DNA from: Nemertoderma westbladi
Lineage: Eukaryota; Animalia; Xenacoelomorpha
DNA length: 64,000 nt
NCBI GenBank assembly: GCA_032718475.1
Contig: JAUCBJ010008359.1
Span: 1-64,000 of the forward strand
Direction: 5' to 3'
Below, in pieces: positions 12,094-22,290 of this stretch (positions are counted from its first letter, which is position 1; every line of letters begins with the position of its first letter). The notes beneath the pieces are model-generated. The model saw nothing but the letters and a program-made list of their open reading frames with translations. It had not been told where the DNA came from and did no database searches. Position numbers and translations under genes: made by a program.

Positions 12094-12664
12094 CAGGCAG
12101 TGGACGATCTGCGGTAAGATACATCATGGTGAAATAGAGTCGTTTGAGTTCTACCATGGGATCGTGATGTATACCTTGAGGATATCGAGTCTCTAGGTTC
12201 TGTTGACTGGCAATATTGAGATAGGTTTCTCTCAAAAATTCCAAGTAGTCGTTGAAGTTGATACGCTTATCGGGTTCTTCAACGTTTTCTCTGTCAAGTA
12301 GGTTGCGAATAGAGTTCTCGTGTTCTATTCTCGGTTTATCATTACGATTCCGCTGGGCATGATATTTAAATAAAACCATTTCCCTTTCGGTGTCTACATC
12401 ATCAGTATCATGTAAATCGATAGGATGGCCGGTAGTTAAGAAGTCCATATACGTACCATTACGATTCGTATAGCGAGCGGTGAATTTTCTATAGTCCGCT
12501 TCACGCGTAAGTTGTTCCTGGGACATCGGCGGTTCGATATAACGACCATCGTCCTCCGTAATAGTCGGATCGGCTTCACCGCGTATCAAGCTATCCACAA
12601 ACGCTTGTAAAGGTAGAGTATATCGCTCTCTAATACCAAGGTCATCTTCTATCAATTCCGTCAT
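11957..12664 (-). CDS. Accessory ORF1, 235 aa, acidic, unknown function
   Basis: ATG-initiated ORF with coding-like composition. It overlaps ORF2 by 137 nt in another frame. No recognisable motif. Confidence 0.6.
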   Translation of the reverse strand: MTELIEDDLGIRERYTLPLQAFVDSLIRGEADPTITEDDGRYIEPPMSQEQLTREADYRKFTARYTNRNGTYMDFLTTGHPIDLHDTDDVDTEREMVLFKYHAQRNRNDKPRIEHENSIRNLLDRENVEEPDKRINFNDYLEFLRETYLNIASQQNLETRYPQGIHHDPMVELKRLYFTMMYLTADRPLPVVPDSFEQMEDYLYDLRKHRTFRLASRCVQSYYTRPSINPWDQTR

Positions 12665-14292
12665 ATCTGCTATCTGAGTTTATTAATATCAATATGAGTT
12701 AATATTTTAGGCAAGCGGGCGTCGCTGCCTACTAGGCTTTTGCCCCCGGACAGTGGGTTTCTCAGCGCCGATGTACCGCTGTCGCAGTGTTTACGCCAAC
12801 ATGTAGCAACAGCACGACAACGATAACCGGCACAAGTCCCACCACTGTCCGTCCCAAAGGCTTGAATCCACTTGAGGTTATCTCGGTAGAGTTAGGGCTA
12901 TTTTACAATTGCGATTAGCTACTGTAAACACACTTTAGTAGTAACATTCACCTATAAACGCACAAATTCCATACAATCATTACTTACTGCACACATGCAT
13001 GCCATTTGTCCGTTAGTCAGTGTCTTCCAGAATGTCACGTTATTACTATGTATCCTTGGATACCAATAGTGCGTTATGTATACTCTTATGCTACGCAATG
13101 GGGCAAGCTTTTTATTGTTCCTTTTAACTTGCTTCTAATTCTAGCGTGGGTGTTGCCATGGTGACATTATGGAAAACTAGCGGTAGAATTAGGGCAATTC
13201 TCAGGCATACAGATCTGGGATGTTATTTAATAGTAATTCTTTAATTGTCAATATCCTCTTTATGCATGATTTTATAAATTTTATCGGCTATTGACTATAT
13301 GTTGGAGATTCTCGCGCTCTAGTACACTCAATATGAATCTCCGCTCCCATGATCTATTAATTACTGGAATTTTGGGAATGTTATAAATTGCACAAAATGA
13401 CAATTTATGAAATTCATTTGAATATGAATTTAAATTTATTCCCGTGAATTTTATTATTTGATGTTAAATTGATACAAATTTTATTCCAGAGCATATCTGG
13501 GGTGGGGACTTAGGATCCTTAATTCTATAAAATAGTCCTTCTAAGAATATCGGTAAATACTGCGATATCTTAATTGACTAGAAATTTTAAAGGATCGGGA
13601 TTTTACAGATTTTAATAAATATTAAATTAATATTTAGGATGGGCACCGATTTATTCCAGAACTTGTCTGGGGACTTTAACCACTGATTCTAGAATTTGTC
13701 TTTCAAGTATATCGGTGGGTGCCACGATATCTTAATCGACTAGAATTACAGATGGTCAAAAAATTTAACAGATTTATTTGCGATTTACGCTACTGTTAGA
13801 GGGACATCACGCTACTATATGTATTATTTGTTATAAGGTAGAAGAGCAATATCGCACGAAGCAATGTCAGTGTGAAGAGGCAAGTCGTTTCCAAGGTCTA
13901 CCCAGAGCTTGGTTTAGCCGAGACACGAGGATCTGAACTTTGCATTCCTAATACTCTGCCTACCAATAATACTTAAATATAGTAGTGGCTTTATTGTACT
14001 TTAAGAAGTACTGACATGTCATCTTACTATAGTCTCGCATTTATAATATAATACGGACAGTACGGAAAGAGAAAAATAATTATTTCTTGCCGTCGCACTA
14101 AATATATATTATAAGTAATTATGTAATAAACACTAATATATTGCACTAATCTACTAAATAATCTAAATAACATTCCACTAAATAAAATTAAATAAAACGA
14201 TTATAATAAAGTACATAATAATCCATACATAAATATAAAGTAATAATAAAAAAATATAAAATAATATAGTCACACACCCACTCCATATATAA

Positions 14293-17133
14293 TTACGTTA
14301 TGGAGTCCCTAGATCTTTGTCGAATTAGGGAAGTGGTCGTAGGAAGAGTATCTTGCCTTCCATGGTTTCCGGACAGTTTTCGGTCTCTTTCCAGTAAACC
14401 TAAATGACCAGCTGGGCGATTAGGCTGTCGTGTTACTTCCTCCGCTCCCTTGGCCTGTCTAATCTTCGCCGTGGTAAGATGAGGAGGCCATTCATCTTTT
14501 TCTTTACTTAGGGAGTCGGGTCCACTTAACCAGCCGGGAGTATCTATCCGTTCTTGAGGAGTTGCTCCTCTGGAAGCGATGTCGGCTAGATTAATCATCT
14601 CGGGGCGATGTCTCCATTGATCTACATTGGAGTTAATATCGTCATTATCTGAGGAGTATGGTGTTCCCTCAGTTGGATCGTCCACATCACTGCTCTCCAC
14701 TTCCCATTCCTTTACTTGGTATACCTGTTGTTGAGGTAATCTCTCTTTGAGAGTTCTACGGGAAGGGCCAGTGAAGTACCAACCTACTCTAGTTCTTACC
14801 GCATAGGTTTGCAGTGGCTGCGGTTGAGCAGGCCGTTTCTCCAATGTCTCGAGCGCCTCATGCGCGTTTTGGCCGATGAGTATTTGCACTCCAGGATAAT
14901 CTGTCTGGAATCGAGGTATCTTAAGATGTTGGATGCTCTCATCCTCGTCCCAATTATAAAGGTCTGCTTGGGTAGTAGCGAAGTTCTTTATAGCCACCAT
15001 TTTTACTGACCTTATACTTTGTGCTCCTAATTTATCCTGGGGGGTGGACAACTCACCTACATAGTAATCTGCCGTTAGGGTAGATTTCCAAACCTGCATA
15101 ATTCCTGACATATTCAATTTAGTCCGGAACTTGGGTTGTCCAGCAAAGATATCTTCGGCTAGTTCTTGATCGATGAATGTTCCTGTGCTGCCGGAGTCAA
15201 GTAGGGCGTTCACTATGTAACTCTTGTTGAGACCATGAACTCTCACTTGCACTACAGGAAATTCTCTTATTCCTATGTTGGAAGTTGGAACTTTCCAAGA
15301 TGGTTGTTTGTCAAAAGGAGTTGGAGTAAACTCGTCAGTGTCCTTTTCATACGTAAGTGCTCGATACACTGTGGTATTTATTAGATAACAGGATTCGTTG
15401 GCATCGGAGAATTCGTCTGTATAGAATCCTTCCCACTCAGAACCTTGGTCAGTGTCGTTCACATCACTGAATTGGACATGTAGTTCGGGCTCACTTACCT
15501 GACTCGGGTTGTCTCGTTCGAACTCACTGTGTAACAAGATGTGATGTTTCGCGCCACACTTTGCACACTTTACGTCGGAGTAACAGGTTCGCCGTTGGTG
15601 TCCTGATCTGAGGCAATTATAGCATAACCGCTTATTCCACAGGACTGTACGTCTGTCTACAGGGGATTTCTTTAGAAATTCAGCACACGCACTCAAACGG
15701 TGGGGCCCGTCGCACAGCGCACATTTTGGTTTGATGTTACTCACCTTAACTTGGTTAACGTTATGCACTCTCGTTCTTTCTTCGGGCTTTCTTCCGTGAA
15801 TTCTCTTAGGAGACGTTGGAGGAGTTGTTGTTACCTGTTCTCTCCTGTCACTGGTTCGAGACTTGTATTTACTTACGTCTTTATAGGTCTTGTTGTCATA
15901 GTAAGATTTTGCTGTGTCTTTCCCGCTGTCCTCTTCTTGAGAAGCTTGGCTTTCGCCGTCGTCAGTATAACACACTGGTATTATCCTTCTCCTAGAAACG
16001 GGTTTCTCACTTACCTTATTTTCCGATGTTTTCTCTCTGGACTGCCTTATGAGTTGTAATTTTACTTCACTATCTAAGAAGGACATGAGATCAGCCATGG
16101 TAGGACTTCGTCGTTGTTGTTCATTCATGTACAACACTTTCTTGTCCCAGCGTGTACATACTCCACCCTTTGGTAAAGTAGAGACTACGGCTCCAATAAC
16201 CATGGAACTCTGATATTCATGCGACTTACCTAACCAGTCCAGTTGTCTACAGATCTCTTGAATTTCATCGGAAAACTCTATAATCCCGCTACTAAGGAAG
16301 TGTCGGGGGGCTACTAATTTTGCATACAAATACTTAGCTATGTTATCCTTGTTACCATACCTGATGTTTAATGTATCCCAAACTTGTCTTAATCCTTCTG
16401 GATGTCCAATAAACTTTAACGCCATTAACTTGGGAGGTCCTTCCAAGCACTTGATGAGGAATCTAAGTTTCTCTCCGTTAGATAGTACAGAGTTCTGTAT
16501 GCTATCTTTGTAATATTCGTTGAAAGGTAACCATTTCATCTCATCTCCATTGAATTTGACGATCTCTCCCACTTTGACCGCTTGGCGGGCTTCTGTTCTA
16601 GCCATCTGACGCGTAAAGCTTTCTTGGGCCATCGTGTTATTTAATATCGAATTATCGGTATATAAATTTCTCGGATCATTATCAGGTCTATAGGGAATAT
16701 CATTAATAACAGGTCTATAATCACCCTTAATAGGGTTTGCTATAGGAGTTTCAACTTCACTAGCAGTATAGATGCGTGTAGGCTCCACACCTTGCGCATG
16801 TAATCCTTCAGACCTAACAGGTTGACACAATGTTATAGGGGGTATTGGTATGCCCTTTTGGATATTGACTAATTTGTCGCGTTCTAGTGCGATACTTTGC
16901 TGCACCTCTTGCAACTCTGCTCTACCTTCCCTCACTGTTCCCTTAAGTTGGTGGACAGTCTCCTGCATCTGTCCCAGCAGGAGATTCATCCCCCGCCGTC
17001 CCTCTTCCACCCACTCAACCGCCGAAGCGGGAGTCGCCAACATAGTAGCGGGCTGACGCGGGACGACGGGAGACAAATTATTGATTTCTCTCTCTGCTAT
17101 CTGGACAGGGGTATTCTGCATGGACTGTTCCAC
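14293..17133 (-). CDS. BEL/Pao Gag (C-terminal part) plus aspartic protease plus RNase H remnant
   Basis: KFNGDEMKWLPF..Y...I...LSNGEKLRFLIKCLEG (DUF1759-like); CALCDGPHRLSAC / CYNCLRSGHQRRTC / CAKCGAKHHILLH; ALLDSGS; YAVRTRVGW; QWRH..NLADIASRG..WLSGP..WP. No YxDD RT motif. Confidence 0.9.
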   Translation of the reverse strand: MEQSMQNTPVQIAEREINNLSPVVPRQPATMLATPASAVEWVEEGRRGMNLLLGQMQETVHQLKGTVREGRAELQEVQQSIALERDKLVNIQKGIPIPPITLCQPVRSEGLHAQGVEPTRIYTASEVETPIANPIKGDYRPVINDIPYRPDNDPRNLYTDNSILNNTMAQESFTRQMARTEARQAVKVGEIVKFNGDEMKWLPFNEYYKDSIQNSVLSNGEKLRFLIKCLEGPPKLMALKFIGHPEGLRQVWDTLNIRYGNKDNIAKYLYAKLVAPRHFLSSGIIEFSDEIQEICRQLDWLGKSHEYQSSMVIGAVVSTLPKGGVCTRWDKKVLYMNEQQRRSPTMADLMSFLDSEVKLQLIRQSREKTSENKVSEKPVSRRRIIPVCYTDDGESQASQEEDSGKDTAKSYYDNKTYKDVSKYKSRTSDRREQVTTTPPTSPKRIHGRKPEERTRVHNVNQVKVSNIKPKCALCDGPHRLSACAEFLKKSPVDRRTVLWNKRLCYNCLRSGHQRRTCYSDVKCAKCGAKHHILLHSEFERDNPSQVSEPELHVQFSDVNDTDQGSEWEGFYTDEFSDANESCYLINTTVYRALTYEKDTDEFTPTPFDKQPSWKVPTSNIGIREFPVVQVRVHGLNKSYIVNALLDSGSTGTFIDQELAEDIFAGQPKFRTKLNMSGIMQVWKSTLTADYYVGELSTPQDKLGAQSIRSVKMVAIKNFATTQADLYNWDEDESIQHLKIPRFQTDYPGVQILIGQNAHEALETLEKRPAQPQPLQTYAVRTRVGWYFTGPSRRTLKERLPQQQVYQVKEWEVESSDVDDPTEGTPYSSDNDDINSNVDQWRHRPEMINLADIASRGATPQERIDTPGWLSGPDSLSKEKDEWPPHLTTAKIRQAKGAEEVTRQPNRPAGHLGLLERDRKLSGNHGRQDTLPTTTSLIRQRSRDSIT

Positions 17134-18931
17134 CGGGTACAGGCAGTGTAGTACTATGTAAAGGGAATTTAGAGTTAAGCTCTGGAAGTGCAGGGGTCTC
17201 TAGCACAGAAGTGACTTTGGGAACAACAGGCCTAATTATTTCAGGTTCATCGACTATAGTAGGGAGTCTTTTGACCTGGATAAATTGTTCTATGGGTTCT
17301 GCACTACCTAAGTCTGTGCTAGTTAGCTGTCTTTTAACAGCTGGGGGCAAATCAGGCAATTTGCGACGGTAAGATGTTTTTCTACGCCTACTTAGATGAG
17401 ATCTATTTCCTCCGCCTTCAGGATCGGTGGTCTCGCCTTCCTCCGAGGATGTGTATCCCTGGCGCTTGGGAGTAGATTTTCTCATCATCTGCATTTGATT
17501 AGCAGTAAACTGTTTATTTATACTGTCTTGTGTCTCTTGCAGATTTTCCAACTCCAGTTGGGTAGTCTGCTCAGATGCTCTCCTTTCTGCTTCTGCCACT
17601 GCCTTTGCTGCTTTTCTTTCTGCTTCTGCATCTGCCGCCGCTGCCTTTCTTTCTGCTTCTGCATCTGCCGCCGCTGCCTTTCTTTCTACTTCTGCTTCTG
17701 CCATAGCCGCCGCCTTTGCTGCTTTTCTTTCTGCTTCTGCATCTGCCATAGCCGCCGCCTTTTGTTCCTCTATCCTTCTTTTCTTTATTTGTTCTTCTCG
17801 GACTCTAGTGAGACGGAGTTTTTCATCACATTCAGCTTGGTTTGCAGCTAACATTTCGGCATCGATTGAGTCCAATACAAGCTTGGTTCCTTCACTATTA
17901 GGGGAAAGTCCAGACAGCCGTCTCCTCAACTCTTCGTCTCCTAGGAATCGCTGATAGTCGGACAAATAAATGTCGATAGCGTCTCTAGTTCGCGGTTTCT
18001 CGGCGGCCTCTTCGCTTTCCGCTTGAGAAAGGGTGACATCAGTTGGTTCTTCATAGGTTGATCTCTCAGCCAGCTGGGATTTCCACTGGGCCGTTTCCTG
18101 TACTTTGAGATCTACCCGATGTAGCCAAGTTTTGACAGCAACCTGCAGCGACGTGTCCTGTCTTCTTTTGGAAGTTTCCTCAAAGGCTGAGAGGATTAGT
18201 CGTATGCGTAGGGTTCTTTCGCGTATTTGATATAGCAGCTCTTCCTGCTCTTGAGGTCCGTGAGGTTGTCGAAACAGTTGTTCTTCCAATCGATCCAAGG
18301 ATCCGAAGAATCCCTGCACATATCCTGCTGCCGACCTCTTCCAAACAGCTGGATCCATTGTATCTTTAGCCACTCCCATCCTGTGTATATCTTCCCAAGT
18401 AGCCTCGGACAGATCCAACGGAAGTCCGAGTCCGGGAAAGTTCCATTGTGATTCAACAATAGATATCAATTCTTCCCTGGCGTATCCCGCGTAATTATCT
18501 TGGGTCGCTCGCTTATTCTTCGCCCAGTCGGCTTGATGTTCCTCCACCGCAATGAATATAGTAGTTAGCACTGCAGCAGGAAGAGTAAGAAGGGGGTCCG
18601 AGTAGACTGTATCAGCCATCTGCACTCCATGTTCGGGAGTCAGCTCTACAGTATCCGAACTGCTGGAGCTATCGGGTCGCTGGGAAGTAGGTTCTTGACC
18701 AAGATGTTGCTGCGATAGGACAACTGCCTCTTGGTCCCGTTTTACCTGTGCCCGAGTGCCTATGATGGACCTATGGTGGACTAGCCTAGGGTCTGATACT
18801 ACTGGAGGGATGACCTTTTTTACAGTAGGAGGTGAGCCGAACTCCTTTCTTATTCGCTCCACACTCCTATCTGAATCACAGATAGTTGTATCGATCAGAC
18901 TGTCTGACAGGTTTTGCTGAGTGTCAGACAT
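17078..18931 (-). CDS. BEL/Pao Gag N-terminal part, split from the rest by a 1-nt insertion
   Basis: Highly similar to the N-terminal half of the continuous 1221-aa ORF at 48821. CATGCAGAATACC here versus CATGCAAATACC in copy 2 explains the frameshift. Confidence 0.88.
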   Translation of the reverse strand: MSDTQQNLSDSLIDTTICDSDRSVERIRKEFGSPPTVKKVIPPVVSDPRLVHHRSIIGTRAQVKRDQEAVVLSQQHLGQEPTSQRPDSSSSSDTVELTPEHGVQMADTVYSDPLLTLPAAVLTTIFIAVEEHQADWAKNKRATQDNYAGYAREELISIVESQWNFPGLGLPLDLSEATWEDIHRMGVAKDTMDPAVWKRSAAGYVQGFFGSLDRLEEQLFRQPHGPQEQEELLYQIRERTLRIRLILSAFEETSKRRQDTSLQVAVKTWLHRVDLKVQETAQWKSQLAERSTYEEPTDVTLSQAESEEAAEKPRTRDAIDIYLSDYQRFLGDEELRRRLSGLSPNSEGTKLVLDSIDAEMLAANQAECDEKLRLTRVREEQIKKRRIEEQKAAAMADAEAERKAAKAAAMAEAEVERKAAAADAEAERKAAAADAEAERKAAKAVAEAERRASEQTTQLELENLQETQDSINKQFTANQMQMMRKSTPKRQGYTSSEEGETTDPEGGGNRSHLSRRRKTSYRRKLPDLPPAVKRQLTSTDLGSAEPIEQFIQVKRLPTIVDEPEIIRPVVPKVTSVLETPALPELNSKFPLHSTTLPVPGGTVHAEYPCPDSRERNQ

Positions 18932-21085
18932 GTTTAGCTATACAGTTGAAGGCTTACTGCTATAGTTACAGTTAAAGCAAGTCTAGTAATTCAGTATGAC
19001 CACTGGCCTAGTACCGGTAATTTATTGCAGTATATTAGAATACCGGTATGCACTTATAATATATATAAGTATTGTAAACTAGGTTTGTCACAGAGTACCG
19101 GTATATAAATTTAACACAGATATATATAAATATATAATAGGCCTATCTTGAATACCGGTATACAGCTTACACTTATAGTATATATAAGTATAATTATGAA
19201 CTAGAATTAATTACAGAGTACCGGTATGATTTCAGCTCAAATTTATAGAAATAAATATAATAAGCCTATGGTAAGTACCGGTATGTCAATTATTTTTAGA
19301 ATAATTGAATTCCTGAATATTTTAGGGTTACTTAGTTACTTTAACTTACTTTATTACCGTTATTTAAGCAGTAGTCCAACTGATAGTGAGACCTAGTTGT
19401 TGTATGGCAGGCCTACTATTTATAAATCGTTTGATTTGATTTATAATATTTATATACCCGTTTAAATGGGTTTTTTGTCAATATTTGAAATAAATGTTAT
19501 TATTTCTGGGGGAGTCACTACACAGAAGCTGTGCGCTCTCAGTGAAGTGCTATTTATTTGACACTAAAACTGATAATTCTAATTTACCTAAGTTACTTAA
19601 TACTACAAATTACTTACTATACTGGTGAGATTAATTCTCTAATTAAACACAACAAAATATTACGTACGAAATTTTTAGGGTAATTTTACAGGAAGTCTAC
19701 AAACCAGCCTAACAAAGGGTTAGAATTCTGGTTATTACAACGGACAGGGTACTACGGTATTTGAAATAATAAGTAGTAGTAAATATATTGTACTGTCCAG
19801 ATAGGAAAATACCACCGCCTGACGACCTATAACCGTATCGCTATAGGTACTACGTTATGTATCACGGATTGTTCCTACCCAGAAGCTAATAGAGCTAACG
19901 AATGTGCCTATCAACCACTTTACAACACAAATATACTGCCTACACTAATTACTTCGGAAAGCACTGTACACTAAACCCTAAATTAGGTACAAGTACCGGT
20001 ATAACAAATAATCAGTAGTTAAATATACTTGAACAGTTAAAAGAACCACGGCATCTGCTGGAGTGACCGAAGCACAAAGTCACCAGTCTTGTCCTACGCC
20101 AAGCAGCCCGTGTAGTACCGGGGTTAATTTAACTATAACGGTATGTATAACAAGCACAATTACTGTAGGAATAAACTTGGGGACATGAATGTTGCGAATA
20201 ATCGCATAAACTCTGAATAATAAATATTACGCTACCCGTACAGAATACTCAAACAAAATACAAACTAAACGCTGGCAGACTACTATCAAGCCTAAACAAA
20301 CTACAGTATGTGCAGATTCTGAAACTGTTAGTTAGTATGCGTTCTAGCACGGTAGTACGACTTATTCTTTAAGAGGGGATTGACCTTACCGCATATGGCT
20401 GCCCCAACTTACTAACGGCACTTTATCAGACCAACTCTACACACGCAGCAATCCCTTCAGGCCTAAGAATAGCTAGACAACAATCTAGCCTACAAAATAT
20501 CTGAGTAATAACTATTACGGTACCTGAACAGACCACACAAACAAACACAGGCTAAAACACTGGCAGACTACAATCAAGCCTAAATAAACTACAGTATATG
20601 CAGATTCTGAAACTGTTAGTTAGTATGCGTTCTAACACGGTAGTACGACTTATTCTTTAAGAGGGGATTGACCTTACCGCATATGGCTGCCCCAACTTAC
20701 TAACGGCACTTGATCAGACAAACTCTACACACGCCGTAATCTCTCCAAACTCAACACAGTCAGACAGCAGTTCAGCCTACAATTATTTGAACAATCTGAG
20801 CAGACTTACACGTCTTCAGCTCAATATTAACTTACTAGGAAATAAAACCGACAGAAATAAGTAAGCTCCAAAAGAAACAAGGGGTGTACAGTCCCTAATC
20901 TCTTAAACAGCCTACCGGTATACAATAATCAAAATCGAATAATACTAAATGTACTTGTACAGCAGTACCGGTACCGGTGATGACAGTTAGGCCTACTGAC
21001 CTACAGAAGTACCGGTTCAGTTTTACCAGTCACTACGGTATTTTGCAACCTTATTGCCTACTGCAATAAGATTATAAACTGTTAC

Positions 21086-22285
21086 TGTTCGCGCTTTTGA
21101 AGACCTTTAGCAGTTTAACCTGCCAAAATTTATATGTCTTTTAGTTAATTAAAACACCTTTAGCATACGACAATATTTTATGCTAATACACAAAACATTA
21201 GCCGAAGTCAGCCCATGCGCGATCATTCACCCGATGGATCTACACCCGGGAGGCTGAATTCGGATGCTTAAATTTTATTATTGCAGTGTAAGGTTGCAGT
21301 GTAAACTTACTGTATTATTCGATAGATCGTTAATAATTAATTTCTGACAGATATTATTGGCTTTCGGGAAATATTAACAGTTCCTTTAGGACGTGGCGCT
21401 CTATCTATTTAAACAGAACTAGGACTTATACTAAACGCAACGATACTGCTTATGATTAAAGTATAAAGCGCATTCTTTAGGAAATGCTTTGTTACCAATC
21501 ACAATCATGCACACTATTCTGCCGACCGTCAGTATATTTGATCACACATAAAGAGAGCAGCAATTGACTCATGTAGGGTCTGCTAAATAACATTAGATTC
21601 AATACACACCACATTAATATAAATCGCAATTGTTATGTATAGCCGGTCTCTCTAACCTGTAGTGTATCAAGAAAATTGGGAAATTTGGGTGATTTATCCG
21701 TATTCTCCAAAGAGCAATATTTCCATCAACAAATAGGTACAATTAATAACTGACGGTAAATAACAGTACAAACAATATGATTAATAGTGAGTTAAGATTG
21801 ATTAGTTAAGTTAAGATTCGTGGTAGGTAACAGTTTATACTTTCGATAATTTAAGCAGTTTTACTAGAGTTCTTCCCAAAAAGCCGGTGTTATGGCGAAA
21901 AATGGGAACACAACAACAGAATCATATAAAATCATATGACTACTACCACTATACGAGTATACCAAATACCCTTATTCCCCGAAGCTCCCGTTCAACACAG
22001 AGGATGAGCATAGAGATAGGAAATTCAGTTCAGTAGCGCTGGGATAGGTCGAAATCAACGCCCACGCAAATTCTATTGGCCGACACGGACAGCAAGGCTT
22101 AGGCAACCTCCCTACAGCTGGTTGGCCGATTAAACTGAGCCCAGATATCTCCACACAGCACATCAGCCAATAAGCTGGTAGCTTGCACTATTTTAGTTAT
22201 AAATCCCTTTGAGAGTATTCTAGCGACCGGGGGGGAACTGGCCAGCAAAGGCAAACGTATCAGTTATCCCACAAAAGCTTTTACA
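21086..22285 (-). repeat. 5' LTR, 1200 bp
   Basis: Element strand TGTAAAAGCTTTTG...GCGCGAACA. Matches 9034-10503 and 45389-46646. Confidence 0.95.
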
Positions 22286-22290
22286 CAAGT

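Larger units (their letters stand above)
9034..22285 (-). mobile_element. Full-length non-autonomous BEL/Pao-type LTR retrotransposon, 13.25 kb
   Basis: Two LTRs of about 1.2 kb with TG...CA ends. 5-bp TSD CAAGT at 9029-9033 and 22286-22290. Internal Gag with BEL-type triple Cys/His knuckle and a DSG protease. No RT or integrase ORF. Confidence 0.93.

Noticed and set aside
17078-17133. Programmed gag frameshift between the 617-aa and 946-aa ORFs
   Set aside because: Copy 2 is continuous here; a single extra G in copy 1 explains it.
14809-18459. Antisense and alternate-frame ORFs over gag (likewise over 38775-40445 and 49034-52078)
   Set aside because: Shadows of the real coding strand, with no independent motifs.
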